Part shown: piece after piece, positions 48,801 through 62,245 of the stretch
Position numbering within the stretch: the stretch's first letter is position 1
How the letters are laid out: the number at the start of each line of letters is the position of its first letter
Position numbers and translations under genes: made by a program
The notes under the pieces: generated by a model
Told to the model about the DNA's origin: nothing
Databases searched by the model: none
The model's input: the letters and a program-made list of their open reading frames with translations, nothing else
From: Dudresnaya verticillata
Taxonomy: Eukaryota
DNA length: 64,000 bases
Reading direction: 5' to 3'
Assembly (NCBI GenBank): GCA_977862235.1
Contig: OZ374564.1
Location: 1,736,001-1,800,000 of the forward strand

Positions 48801-51800
48801 AATGCGGGATATCAGCGTCGGGGGGGGTCTGCAGCCGTCTACAGACGTTCGAGGAAGGTCGAGACGGAGCCCTTCAAGGGCTACTGTGGTGAAGCGGCCG
48901 TTGCGGAGTGATGACGACGGTTGAGCCGACTCGCGACCGGCGCACCGGTGAGCTGGTGCCAAAAGCCGAAGCGGACTACAGCGACACAGTAGCACTGTAT
49001 GCTCTGCTGGAGTCTGCACGCACCATCAATAGGAGCCAAGTAGTTCATTTATTTGTAATTTGGTAATTGTAAGGATGCTGTACAGTACGTATTGTAAGCC
49101 GGCCAATGAGAATACCGAGCATGTCCGCAACGGTGACCGGGACCAGTAGGGCCGGACCCACCTGTTGGACCAGACCCATTGGGGTCTGGCCCACACGGAC
49201 CGGACCGCGGGGCGTACCTCCCAGTATATTAATGGGTGGCCACCGCGAGTCCTACAGTAAACAGGTACGCAACCCTGGGCGAAGTGACTTATCCTAAGCC
49301 TTACCCTCATACTCCTTCACGGTTTCCCCTCGCCAGCTCAGTGAACGGATTCCTCTTACCTCCGTCCCGGTGTAGCTGTCCTGTCACTGTACGGTCCCCC
49401 TTGTCTGTTGCGCCCCTTTACGCCTTACAGGTGTTGCCGCTCCAGGTACTCCCTTCGGTCTACGAACTAAGCTCTACCACCCCGGTGCCGTTTGAGATCA
49501 CTCCTGATTGGGATTGCTTGATCAGCTCTCCTTGCAGGTGTGCCTTTCACTACACCACAGCTGCGAAACGACCTCGACCGTCTGATGACGAACCCGGACG
49601 CCAACGTCAAGCAACCCGCAACGGTAACAATCCACTGGCAGTCCGAACGTAGTTCGCGTGACCGTTTCCATCAGTTGGGGACACGTTTGGAACGATTGGA
49701 AACCTCCGGGTGGCGTCAAGAACAACCACCATCGTCCGAGGACGAAAGCGACGACGAAGATCCCCGCAGGCGTAAAGGCCGCAAGCACCGCGACCAACGT
49801 AAGAAGGGCCAAGGGCGAAAGAAGAACCGTCGACGACGAAAGGGGGACTCGTCATCTTCCTCCGGCTCGTCCAGTGACGGAGAATCTTCAGACCCTTCGA
49901 CGGACGACGAAGAGTACCCAGTCCACGGTGAGGCCGTAAGGCCACGTGGAAAACGATTCAAAGGGTTGAAGGAGCTACGTCCCTCCAACCCCCTCTTCGA
50001 TCAACTCTTACCGTAGCGTACTTTCCGTCTACTAGAAGTGTAGTGCACTGGCACTCGCCCCATTCGCCTGATGTAATTCCGGATCCTTTGCCTTACAGGC
50101 GCGCTTTACAGGCGCATCGTTGCCGACTGACTGACAGCACAGTCCACAGTAAGCACGAGCAGGCCCATTCAGCTCTCCACTCTAGATCTAGATCGAGTTC
50201 TAGCGCTTACAGCCTACAGTAGTGTAAGTGCGTCTGCCGGCGCCGCCGCGCCGGCGGCGGCAGTTCTTAGCCACCTAGGGCTGCACATCTGGTAAACGGA
50301 GGGGCATCGACCCTCGGGCCTAACACTTCGGTGCCAAGCTTGGAGTCGCGCGGAACCCGAGTAGCCTCACGCCTAGGACATCGGTGCCGACCGAGTCCAC
50401 GTGAGCCTATCTGCTCGTGGACCTCCGTGAACACAGATCGACACCCGTTTACCAGTTCTACCGCGAGCTAGGTACGCTACCGCTAACCTATCTCTACTGT
50501 CTACCTTTTCCCTTTTCCTTTACCTTTTCCCTTTCCGTTTGGGTCCCTGCACCCTATCCTTTGCAGGGTGGTCTCCCGCACCGCGCCCGGACTGCACGGA
50601 TGGCCTTACGATCAGGCCTTGCTTGTCCCTCCATCGGGACCTGTTTTGGTGGATTGTGAGTGCTCCACAAGAAGTCGGAAAAAACGTTCCAGACGGGAAA
50701 CAGGCAAGATAAAAGACCATATCAAACGTCTGGAGTTCACGATGAAGGTCGCTGCCTTCACGGGCAACGACCCGGTTCTGATACTCTAATTCCTTACGCG
50801 TTTCGCGGATGAGGTCAATACGCTAGAAATGAACGTAGTCCAAGCGGTCATATCGTTACTGTACTTCTTACGAGGTACGGCGTCAATACAGTTCCGGTCT
50901 GTCAAGTCGACGTCATCACGCCATCGAGGCGGAGTCTCTTCGTACCCGGAGGCGGTGCAATAGTTGCTCCGTACGTATGCAACTCCTTCGGCGATTCGAG
51001 CTGCCGTGTTGGCGTTACGTTCGACAGCGCAAAAACGGAACGAGGAAGAAACCGCTTACGGTATGCGACTCTCTGGAGCATGCATCCGTTGTGGGAACGT
51101 ATACCCCGATTGGGAGAAGATGCCACTATTCATCGACGGCCTCGAACTGTCGATCCAATCGCTGGTCGCCTGCTTCTGCGAAGAGATATGGAGGGCGGAG
51201 CTATCTTTTGAACGATTGGTGCACTTCGCACAGAATAAAAGAGACGCACATCGCAGACGCACATCGCGCACGACACGGCAGAACCGGGCAGACTTCGGGT
51301 AGATAGGACATACTGGTGCCGGTACAAGCCTCTCGGAACATACGGCCCACTGTTGCTGGTAACCGTCAACCGACGAAAAGCCCGAAACCAGGCGCGCGCG
51401 CCATGCTGTCGGAGTCGTCCCGCGAATTTCAAGACGCTAGCTACCGCGACGATGATATCGAGAAGCACGCCGATGGCGGCCTATACCTGTCCGACGAAAA
51501 ACGCTCGATACCAACGTTGGAATTTCCGACAAACAGTTACGTTGAAGACGAAGAGGAAATGGATCCCGCTCTCTCCTTTGGGCGTTCGACCATTCCCGCG
51601 CCGCGCGTACCATATTCGGAATATGCCCCGCACGTTTACCGCGCCAGGCCCGGATGGCAGGACCGAGGTCCACCTCGTCAAGACGTACGCCGACAGCTCG
51701 TCTGTCATTAGTGTTACGCACGCCGACAGCTTGTCTGTTATTAGTGTTACGAGTGCGGCCACATCGCGCCGGAATTCATTCTAACGAATGAGTGACTTCA

Positions 51801-53215
51801 TGAAGGTCTTCGCCAACTATAAGGGCCTGACGAAGACTGAAAAGACCGGAGTACCCGCTGATGCGTATAACCGTTGCAAGGAACGAGCCGCGCATGAAGC
51901 AGCCCGCTGCACCGCGCGTCCACCATCGCCAAGAGGAGGACTGGCACCGCGTGCGGCCGAACGTCATCCGACGATGATGAATCGCTATGTAGCATATCCA
52001 TCGCCGGAGGCGAAAAACTGATCCGGGTACCGACGCCTGGCACTGGGTGTCGCACCCAACTGAGAGGCCTCCGCCTCGGGTTTTGACACGGAAGCAGGGC
52101 CCGAAGCCACTTGAGGGAAACGCCGAAGGGCCAATAGAACCATCACAGACGTCGTTGAAACGCCCATGGCGTAGGTACCAGCCCCCGGAAGGGCGTAGTT
52201 CGTAATGGCCAAGGGAAATTTCAAGGTGTACGGCGACTTAGGCACCACCACCAACACCTTGGCCCGTAAACGTACTCTCCTCGAAACTGGGGCTGGTCCC
52301 AATTTCATCCGTATTAACGAGATTCCGCTGGAAGCGCGTTCGCACATTGTCACCAAAAATCTTCCCGTCATCTCCGATGCCAACAATAAGGCAAAACAAG
52401 CGCGCGGAACCATCGACTGGGTCGTAGGTCTCGGACGGCGGATCGTTAAATTGGAATTAATCGTCTGTGAACGACTCGCTGCGCCGGTCATCCTCGGTCG
52501 CGACTTTTTTGACCACTTTGTCGAAGCGATATATCCTCGAGGTCGCGAGGTTGAACGGCGGGACCCGAGTCCCGATTACACGCCGTCCGCCTCGCCGACT
52601 ACCGTCGTCGCCACCATTGCCACCGGAGCAAGAATACGGCGAGGCCGAGGGAGGACTTCACCCAAGAATCGTGCAATCGAACGTACAATAATCCTGCCTC
52701 AGGCGCAGAAGTGCGTCTCGGTAACAACGGAATGTTCCGGCGTTATCACGATCCAATCGTTCATAACGATGTACGATCGGCAGGGCATGCTCGTTACATA
52801 CGGTACTGCCCAATTGAACCGCTCAAATCGTTCCTAGACGCATCCTAGTCGCCAACTTCTCGCCTCGGGAGCAAGCGCTGACAAAAAGGTAGGTCGTCGC
52901 CATGGCGTTACGCCATCCAACAGCAGTGTTCCCCAGTCATATAAGTCTGGCAGATGTCTTGTGTATCGCCGAAGATCAAGCGCAGGATGAGGAATCCAAG
53001 CAAGACTTTCGCTTCAAAACGGATGATGGCGTCACGGAAAAGCCGGGTACTTTCTCTAAGTCTACTCAAGCGACGGTCGCCAAGCCTCCGTCAGTTGACG
53101 ACTTGTACTTGAGTCATCTGTCCGCTGAACAACAAAGCCGGTTGAATGAGATGCTGCGCCGATCCTCGTCGATGAGGGCCGGTTCGCTGGGAGAGATAGC
53201 GACCACGAACACGCA
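45847..53215 (+). mobile_element. Degenerate Ty3/Gypsy-like LTR retrotransposon (5' LTR ending 47191, PBS, leader, gag, protease; truncated before the RT core)
   Basis: LTR end ...TTTTCACGACA followed by PBS TGGTCTCCCGACCTAG (47194). Gag fragments 49540-52021 with a CYECGH knuckle-like motif; protease LLETGAGPNFI...PVILGRDF (52205-52837). The LTR start at TGTCGT 45847 is tentative; no 3' LTR seen. Confidence 0.75.
50039..50669. mobile_element. Solo LTR (631 bp) inserted in gag
   Basis: TGTAGTGCACT...AGTGCTCCACA inverted termini; 5-bp TSD AGAAG at 50034-50038 and 50670-50674. Confidence 0.85.
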
Positions 53216-53756
53216 TTTGAGCGATTTCAGAATACGACTTTCGAAACAGACTGGAGTCGAATAGCTATTTTCTGGTATCGTTCGAAAGGGGAGCGTCCCC
53301 TGAGTACGGTGGTGAAATCCGATTGGCTAACGGACCATTCCTTCGAAAGTTATGGCGGTTTGCGTGAATTTACCCAAAATATTTCGAGGTATTCTGAATT
53401 TCAATTTACTTGCGTCGATTTGGCCCGCGCGGCCCACTCCGTGGTCCGCACTGGGCCAAATTGGAAATTGCCGGCCCGCAGCATGCCCCTCGCCGCGCGC
53501 CCTGCATGCGCGCCGCATCGCCCATCTGGCCCGCCCCGCGCGTGCTCGGCGCCGCCTCCAGACTACCCCATCACCAGTTTTCGGCTTTCTGGTGCAACGG
53601 GTGCACTGTGCTGTGCGCGTCTGTGCACAAATCCGCACGCGACCACATACAGACTGCCTCGTCACCCGCCCCCCCGCCCCGCCCCGCGACGCACAACTCC
53701 ATGGGCAAAACCTGCTGTCGCGGTTGCCCACCCTCGTGCACACCGTGGATCCCGAT

Positions 53757-53852
53757 TCTCAACTAACCCCTTTACTGTTCTTGCTACTTACACATCTGAC
53801 CCAGCTGGGTCAGATGTGTAAGTGGAAAGAACAGTAAAGGGGTTGGTTGAGA
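53757..53852. repeat. 96-bp near-perfect palindrome
   Basis: 48-bp arms centred on CCCAG|CTGGG (53804/53805), 3 mismatches, no spacer. Confidence 0.9.
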
Positions 53853-56800
53853 CCCTAGGGTCCTCCACCGTCCACTCCTCCGGCACTTCCCACCCTAAAA
53901 TATCCATCACCGCTACAGCCCCTCGCATCACCCCCCTCCAACCAGGCCAGCCCTCGCAATCATGTCCCGAGCCCACCCCATCATCTGGACCCGGATCCAG
54001 ACAGTTGTGTCCAGCTCCTCCGCAGCCAGCGCGCAAGCCTCGTCCAGCTCAGCGCGCAGGGCGCGGACCTCTTCAACCAGCGCCAGCGGGGCTGGGTCGG
54101 TCGGTAGCATTTTATCTCTGCATGAGAGACCCCATTCCCAGTCATCTCCCTTTATATAGATGCATATCACTTAAGTCAATTCATGTTATTGACAGCGCTG
54201 AAACCGTTGCCTTCTACATCATCGCAGGTCTAGGACGGCGGACAAATAATGGTTTTCGAGAGTCGGTGCAGCTGCTACACTGCAGCATTTGCAATGATAC
54301 AGTTTCTGCAGATGTTCCCCACCAGCCGCAGGGTGCGATGACGAGGGTTAAGGTGGATTGAGTCATAATGGGATGTGCATCACAGCGCGACGTCTTCGAT
54401 TTTTCTGTAGCAGTGTCAAATAACAGCTTGGGGTGAGACAGCAATTGATGAAAGTGTTCTCAATCGGGAATAAGGATGAGATTCGGTTAGAACACATGGG
54501 CTGGCGCGGCTTTATGCTCCCGTCGCAAGGTAGCATCTTCAGGGAAAGTGGAGTGTTATTGCGACGAATCTTCACCACTGCTGGCGCTGTGCTTGGCACA
54601 CCAATCTTATGAGCATTTGTTCACAACTAGCAGTCATGAGACAGTGAAGGAAAGGTCGAGTCTGTGCTAGTCATGTAGAACGCGATGCGATTTGGGAGGC
54701 GCCACATCCTCCACGATACCGCGACAAGTGTTCTTGAGATCGACTTCTCTTTGAACGCCTAGAAACGTCACACCATCTTCTGAAACTTTCTGGGGCGCCG
54801 AATCCCGGTCCGCGATGAGAGAAGATTTCGAAAACATCAGCCCGCAGTTCTCACTACGTCGTTTCACCCATCTCTAGATGCTAGAGTAAGCAAATCGCCA
54901 AGTTCCCATCACGTATCTTGATCCAACTAGATATGAGCCTCGAAAGTTTGGCCTACAATTGAACCAGCTGGCTTTGTCCTCTTCATCGAGCCCGCACCTG
55001 CAACCGTCTTGTACAACATCCAATTGAAGATAAACCTCTGAGCTATTCAATTAATTCTCCTTTTGTTACGGATGGCCGGTTTTCGTACTGGTTTCATTTG
55101 CCAGCGTCCATTACGAAAGTGCATGCCAGCAAACGCCATGCCCTTCGCGACCATCTGTTCGCGGTGTCGCTCTCAATTTCGGATGACGAGGCTCCTTCTT
55201 GCCAATCGACTGCATGTGCGAGTACGGCACTCCGTGCTCTGCTGTGTTTCAGGTACCTGAACACTGTGCACGTGCACAGGTGTTGTTTCATTGCACATTT
55301 GCAATCCTTAACGATTATTCAACACAAATAGGAAGGAGACCAACTTACGACTTTCCAACGCATTGAAAACACGGAGTGAGTTGTGACGACGAATCGCACT
55401 CCTCACGACGTGACGCTCATGAGGTTCGGTGCTTTATCTTTGTTTAGGGCGTTTAAGAGAGGGTTTTCCGTACTAGAAACGTGCCTTGCGCTGAAAAATA
55501 GAACTTGCGTGGAGTTGCTGCCGTGCAGCTGTTGCTTGTTTGGATATGCTGCAGTATGCCATGGCATCTCGTGGTCTGAACGCAAGTTAGAGCCGTTCGG
55601 TAGCATACACACAGGTCAATGTCTAGTCTAAAGGAAGATCCGTTCAGGACTTGAGTCGTTACAAGTGTCGTTCAGTTTCCTACTGCCCGGGTAGTATTGG
55701 CCAATATGGCAATGCCCGGTTCTCTTCAGTTCCACACTGTGTGTAATCTTCATAGCATTCCCTCCTATCCCTAGATGGGACGATCACAACTTTCAGAAAG
55801 CAAATATCAGGGTGAATGGAGTTGGAGGTTTCTTAAAACCTTTTAAAACTGCTCTCTTTTCCGCCACAATACAAAGAAAGCATTGTTAAATCTCGGCATC
55901 ACGTTTGTTTCAGCTAATTTTTCCCGCTTGAGAACTACATGCTTCGTGGCGAGATAGTGTGGAAAGCAGGTATTGCGGCGGATTGTGCACGATTGTTCCG
56001 GTCTGTTCTGCGAATTTTGTTGAGTCGAATATGGGCGCAAGGATCGTGGTTGGTGTTGCTTCGGTTGTTTTGGTGATAGTATACTGTTACTCAACCAGTA
56101 GCTGGTGCCTACGAGCTACCACACTACGCGTTGGGCTAAGGAGGTTTTCGCGGCGCAAACGGGACAAGATCTTGTTTATTACTACGAAGTAGGACGGAAT
56201 AGAAGCGTTCGGATGACCTTTCCGGAATGATGTGCTGAGCGTCTGATTTACAATTACAAAACCGCTACCTGCGTCGGCTGTGACCCAACCCTCCACGTCG
56301 TGCTAAACGGCAATATGAAGATATCATTCGGTGTCCGGTGCATTAAGCACTAAGGAGGTCTCCAACACGTTAGGCTTCCTGTTCGCTTCTCCTTTCTCAT
56401 ATACCTCTCACAAAGGTATATGCTACTTCCTGATCCCACGCAAGCCTGGTCCAGGAACAGAGTCAACGCAGCCAAAAACGTGCATGCTTCCCGGCGCAAT
56501 GGACAAAACGTGCCTTGGCTTTAGGCACACTCCTATGCTATGTACGCAACGAGCTTTGCTCTACTACCTTGCCACATGCAGCTGCTAGGCCATATCCACA
56601 GTCTGTACTCCCATCACACGCTTCCACAACTCGTCGATGCTTTGCAAAAAGGTTCTGGTGTCCCTCTGCCGGGTCTTCGAGCTCGCTCTCGGTAGCAACA
56701 ACAAGGGCAGGTGCGTGAATCCAAACGTTCGGGGATACGGACGAGGCTAACAGCCACGCTCATGCCTCGGCGTGCAGAGCGGCAGCTCATGGCATGAGTG

Positions 56801-58467
56801 CTTGCGCGAATACACGTCCATAGTTTCAGTGGCGAGTTGTGAGAGCTATTGTACAAAACCCAAAACTGACATAGTAAGTGGTCAGGCTGCGGTGTAGTGG
56901 TCAGACAGGCTAGCGCGGGACGGAGCAGGGCTCGCGCGGCGCTGACAGCGGGTGCGCGGGGAGGCGGGGTTTGCTCGGCGGACGAGTGAGGCCAGGGCGT
57001 TCTTGTAGACGCGCAGCGGGGCGGTTGGGGTACGACGCGTGTGGGAGGCGGTGGACGGAACCCGGCTCTCAGATGATGCTTTCGCGATAGCTATGTATTA
57101 TAATACACCGGTAATACTAGTACAAGGTCCCAATCGTGGTGAACCGTTCACGGTGCACATGGACAGCGCATAATGTCACCAGTCGTTCTGATTCCACTTC
57201 ACAAGCAGAATATTTGCCACAAATCGGTGACCGACTGTCTGCAGCCCACACATGTTCCGAAAGCATGCCGGGGGACCAGGCGATATTGTAATTAGGTGAC
57301 GAAGAAACGCCTCCTTCGAGTGGGTCGGACGACTAACGATAGGTAGACCGTTGCTCACTCACTGGTGATTCCGTTTCGCATATGCACACAGAACAGCATA
57401 GGAGGTTATCTGGCGAGGTTTCAGCAACGACACCACTCCGGCGGCCACTGCGTTCTCTTCCCGATATTATTGTTCCACCGCGCTGCGCTGACCGCCTCCA
57501 AAGGCCGCTTTTGACCTCCCACCCTTTCTCTTCTCACGATCGTGCGACGCGTACTCACCAGCGCTATTGACGGCACTGATCTGAGCGAGACGAGGCCCTT
57601 ACTGTTATCGTGGTACAAAATGCCTCGCACAAGAGAACGTCGCACTGCTTTGCGTCAAAGACCGGTCACTGCCGACCGACATGCCGTCTCCGTGATGGGA
57701 GGGAACAATTGCTCGGCCAAGACTATCGGTAAGGCGACTGCGGAGACAGCCCCGGAAGAACCTATTAGCAAGCAGGGGGGCGGAGCGCGCCCGCAGTAAC
57801 CAGCCCTGGCACGCAAATATGTCAGCGTCGAAGAAAGTAGTGCTGTTGCTGAACGGAGAGGAGGTGGGTACGGCTGATCCAATGACTCCGGCGTCTCCGG
57901 AAGAGGCAGACAGTACAGGTTCATTCAAAGTTAAGATGCATGGAACGTGGTTAATAGACGTGCAGCGGAAGAAAGAGACATGGATAGTCATCTATAATGT
58001 CCGTATTCGGAATGGACATGGGGACAAGAGGTACATGTATAAGTATCCCGGTATAGAGTCTCCCCCCACCACTCTAGCTGGTCTAAATGTGGGTATTCAT
58101 GTATGGGACAGGGAGCAAGACCACACTGTGAAGCCGCAACCTACAGGCGGTGCTGGAGGAGCCGGCGTGGCGACCGGGGAAGCTTGCCCTCGGATAGCAA
58201 TGGAGCAACCCAGTGGGAGGCACACTGTTCGTGCCAGGACGTCAACTAGGCTGTCAGACCGTAGGGGGGTCGGGGACTTGCTCATAAGCGGGCAGTGACG
58301 AAAATAATCACCCGTTCCGGTCAGTCTGATCCCATCGCTCAGCCACACCAAGAAGGTAATGACCTCACTACTACACCGCCAACAACACCACGTGTTCCGT
58401 CTACACCCCGGCTGCAATAGCAGGTGAGCCTTCTACACCCCCTGCTGCTGCAGCTGTTCAGACCGCG

Positions 58468-61147
58468 TTGGTTTATACCCCGGAACGTCCCGCCCGTATG
58501 TGCCCGCGGCCGTACCAATTAGAGGGCAAAGAACACACGGAAGCTGGGTTATCGAAACTGGGAAGTAATGACGCGGCTCCAAAACCAGCCGAAGCTGACC
58601 GGGAGAAAGGAGATTCCGGGAACGGCGAACAAGAAGACAATGCTCCTGTCGATACTACGGCAGAAGAATGTGCGGGAGGTCGTGATCACGCTTCTGAAGA
58701 AGAGCATCCTGACGTCGGGACTACAGGCGATGGGGAGGATGCTGATTCCGACACCCCGGAATGGCACCCCTCCGAAGGGGAGGAGATGGAACTAGAAGGG
58801 CGTGGAGACGGCCAGGCTAGTGCTAGGACGGGCCAGAAGAGGAATTATAGACATGATGCTCGTCTGAAAGGAAACCCATCGCGGCATTTGATGGCTGCGA
58901 AGAGGAGAAAGGTAGTGGAGGTGATGGAGATGCAGGATATCTCAAACATTTTCTGCTGCCAAACGAAACAATGCTTCGGAACCATCGATTCAGTCTACAT
59001 CAGGGTTGAGTCACGCAAAATGATGGATAAGAATCGCGCGGAAAGGAAGCGATACCTCACGGGACTACTGGAACCCAACTCCAACATGTACTTCTTCAGC
59101 GGACGGCCGGTTTGTTACTCATTTCTGGACAAGGCTTTCGGTTTCTCTAGAGACCTGCAGTCGGCAGTGAAAGGAACAAACAAGAGCTGCGAAAGGAAAG
59201 GGAGGGGGCTGATAGTTGGTGGTACTTCTACGGAACAGATGGAGGTGATAACGTCGTTCTTGGAGCGCCTCGCAGAAGTGTCTGGTGATTCGCACCCAGA
59301 CAAGGCTGAAATCCACCTGCCCTTCTAAGAGAAGCTCGCAGTCTATAACACGTTTGTGACTGAGCACCGCACTCTGTACCCTAACAGAGCAACACCATCA
59401 CAGAGCTACTTTTATAGTATCTGGCTCCGCAGTTGTCCACACATTAAGGTCAGGCGAACTCACCGGTTTGCAAAATGCTCCGAGTGCTAGGAGATCAAAG
59501 ATCTTCTCGCAAAAGCGGCAACGGATCTAGCGGGAACCGAAGCGCTTCGCGAGCGACGGGCAAGGCACGTGAGAATGGTCATGCAGGAGCGAACAGAATA
59601 TCGCAAGAAGTTTGAGATGGCTTAGATGTATCCGAACAACTATTGCTCACTCATCATCGACGGTGCTGACCAGTCCGCATTTGGACTGCCACACTTCCAC
59701 ATCAAGGTGAAGGACACACGCGGACACGAAATGAAGGCCAAAGTAATCGGCGTTTTAGAGCATGGCCAAGTCCCACATCTAAACCTTTTCACGATGACTG
59801 CCGAGTTCGAAACAGGCGCAAACCATGTCATCGAAGCTTTGCATCGCGTATTGATGGCACGCAGAGACAGCATGCCACTGAAGGGTACGTTGTTCCTCCA
59901 GGTCGACAATTGTACTAGGGATAATAAGAACAGGTTTTTGTTCGGCTACTTGGAGTATCTCGTTGCTATGGGTGTATTTCCGGAAGTGCATGCGTCGTTT
60001 CTCCCCATCGGTCACACGCATGCCGATATCGATCAAGTTTTCAGCTGCACTTCGAAGAGATTACGCGTTCGAGACGCCATTGTCATGGACGACCTCATGC
60101 ACGAACTACGGCAATCATACACTCCTCAACCGCGTGTCACGGAGATGTTGCACATTATTAATTTCTCCGGGTTCTGAAAAGAGACCAGATTCCTCGGGCG
60201 TACCGAGCCCATTTCAGAATATCGATACTTTAGGTTCAGTGCGGAAGGAGCTAAGGACACAGACGCCGGTACGTTCAAGACTCTCTGCGAAGTGAAGAGG
60301 GGCTGCAAAGAATCTTGGAAACCGTTACATACGCGAGATGGCCAGGGGGGATTTTTGTTATTTCCCCCCAACCTGCACCGGACTCCACCGACCCCTGTCG
60401 AGCACCGCCAGATGAACACGAAGTAACCAAGCGTCTACGATCCGCCGAGACCAGAATCAGCAATCACAGTAAGCTACAGAAGCTGTTGGTACTTCGTGAT
60501 AGAGTTTACGAGGACCGTGAAGACCCATTCCACTGGGCATTGGCGGATGTGTTTGAGTTGGAAGGGGCTTACAAACCGGATGGGAGCGGCCCTAGCGCAC
60601 CCTCGGAATCGGGGTCAGACACTGAGAATGTAGTGGAACAGGACCTCGTGGAACAGGACCTCACTTACACAAAGAACAGCTTTGTAGCCGTACTAGGCGA
60701 CGACTGTACCGAAGGATGCCCGTTCTGGCTTGGGCAGGTGATGAATTGGGAGACGGACGGGGGGGCAAGGTTACCAATTTGCAAGTAGAGTGGTACGAGA
60801 GAAGGAGTACTCGAGGGAATACTTTCACCGGGCGTTATCGGAAGGCGAGAATAACCGATGCAAATGGACATGTCAAACCGTGGAGCGATACGGTCCCGGA
60901 GAAGTCGGTTTTAGTGGAGTTCGCGCGTTTAACCAACTCTGGAATACCCGTCACGGTGCAGCGAAAGATCAGGGAAGCCCTAGAGATGCGAAAAAGAGGA
61001 GACGATCCGGAAATTAGTACTTCGGTAGAGGCGGGGGGACCAGGAGCAAATGGCATGGAAAGAAAATACCTTGGGGTGAGAGGGAGGCGAAGCAGGAATA
61101 AATTCGTGTCGCTAGTGGCAAAATGGGGTCAAGATTCTGGGCGATAA
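58468..61147 (+). pseudogene. Sola-like (DDD) transposase pseudogene
   Basis: In-frame through stops: FAKCSEC...H, IIDGADQ (D), LQVDNCTRDNKN (D), FLPIGHTHADIDQVFS (D), then a frameshifted C-terminal CPFWLGQV...VEWY domain. Termini not resolved. Confidence 0.75.
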
Positions 61148-61827
61148 TTAGGAAAGGGTTAGAGTATATGCATGTAATGCCACGGAACGGAGCGTGCACG
61201 CTAGCCTCATGAGGCAGCTGCGTCATGAGGCAGCATCTTTGCTGGGTAAACCGGATTTCTTGTACAATCACAGTCGTGGTATAAACAAATTTAATGCCTG
61301 CAGTATGCCAACGAAGTGAGCAAAACAGAACCACTGGTATCTCTTCTGGACTAGTACAGAATGCAATTTCGGCTTTGCATCTACCACACGTGTTGTGATT
61401 AACGCGTCCGGCCTGCCACACTTATCCATTCCGTTTCCCCTTTCGCGAAACAAGCTTCGTACCATGCACACTGTAGACACTGTACACACCATGGGTGCCG
61501 GATGCACCCACGTGGAAGGATAGCTCTGCCCAATACCTCAAGGGCTGGCGGCATGGAGTTTCACACAGTCTTTGAGAATCGCGCTCGCGCCATTGTTGTT
61601 GCTAGTCTGCAGGCGCAGAATCCGACACCAATGTTCTCAGGAGACGAGGAGGGCTACATGACTTGTGAGCCTGTCCGCGTGGGCGATACTCAAAACTCTC
61701 TCACGACGAGCGCGCACACCCTGCATATACTCATAGGAGCGGATCAAGGCGAGTTTTATCGAGCATCGAAACGCGCTTGAGAACCTTGATGCTATTATTG
61801 GTAATGCCATGAATCACTGGTAAGCTT

Positions 61828-62245
61828 CTTCACAGCCGAGTGTGGGCGGCGCAAGAAGGACATGAAATGCGCCACCAAGAAGGGCTGGAACAAGAACTAT
61901 GTTTTCAACACGAAAGCGTCGATGGCAAAATGATTCCCGAAGGCAGATTGCGAAGACTCCGACGCCAATGAGCTGTATGCTTCCGGAAAATGCTGAGCTG
62001 GTAAGTGCACAGACGGGTCTTATGACTCACTCACGGGCTGTTTCACAGCAGATTGCGGGCGATGCAAGAAGGAAACGGAATGTGCCACTAAGAAGTGCTG
62101 GAACAAGAAATGCGTGTTCAACACGAAGAAGTCGATGGAGGAGTGCTTTCTAAGGCCGGATTGCGAAGACTGCGGCGCTAATGAGCACTGCGCTTCCGGC
62201 AAGTGCTGGACCGGCAAGTGCAGAAGAGTGATCCAGAAGCTGTAG
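61828..62245 (+). pseudogene. Decaying cysteine-rich tandem-repeat protein gene (213-nt unit, two C-x2-C-x5-C-x4-CW-x3-C subrepeats per unit)
   Basis: Unit 2 is intact: FTADCGRCKKETECATKKCWNKKCVFN...CFLRPDCEDCGANEHCASGKCWTGKC. Unit 1 has stops and Cys losses. Confidence 0.7.

Noticed and set aside
50326..50346. PBS-like TTCGGTGCCAAGCTTGG suggesting a shorter LTR
   Set aside because: The AGAAG TSD and inverted termini define a single 631-bp solo LTR that includes this sequence.
53220..55400. Possible additional DNA-transposon remnant after the truncated pol
   Set aside because: Only vague motifs and broken ORFs; no TIR/TSD or domain that I can support.
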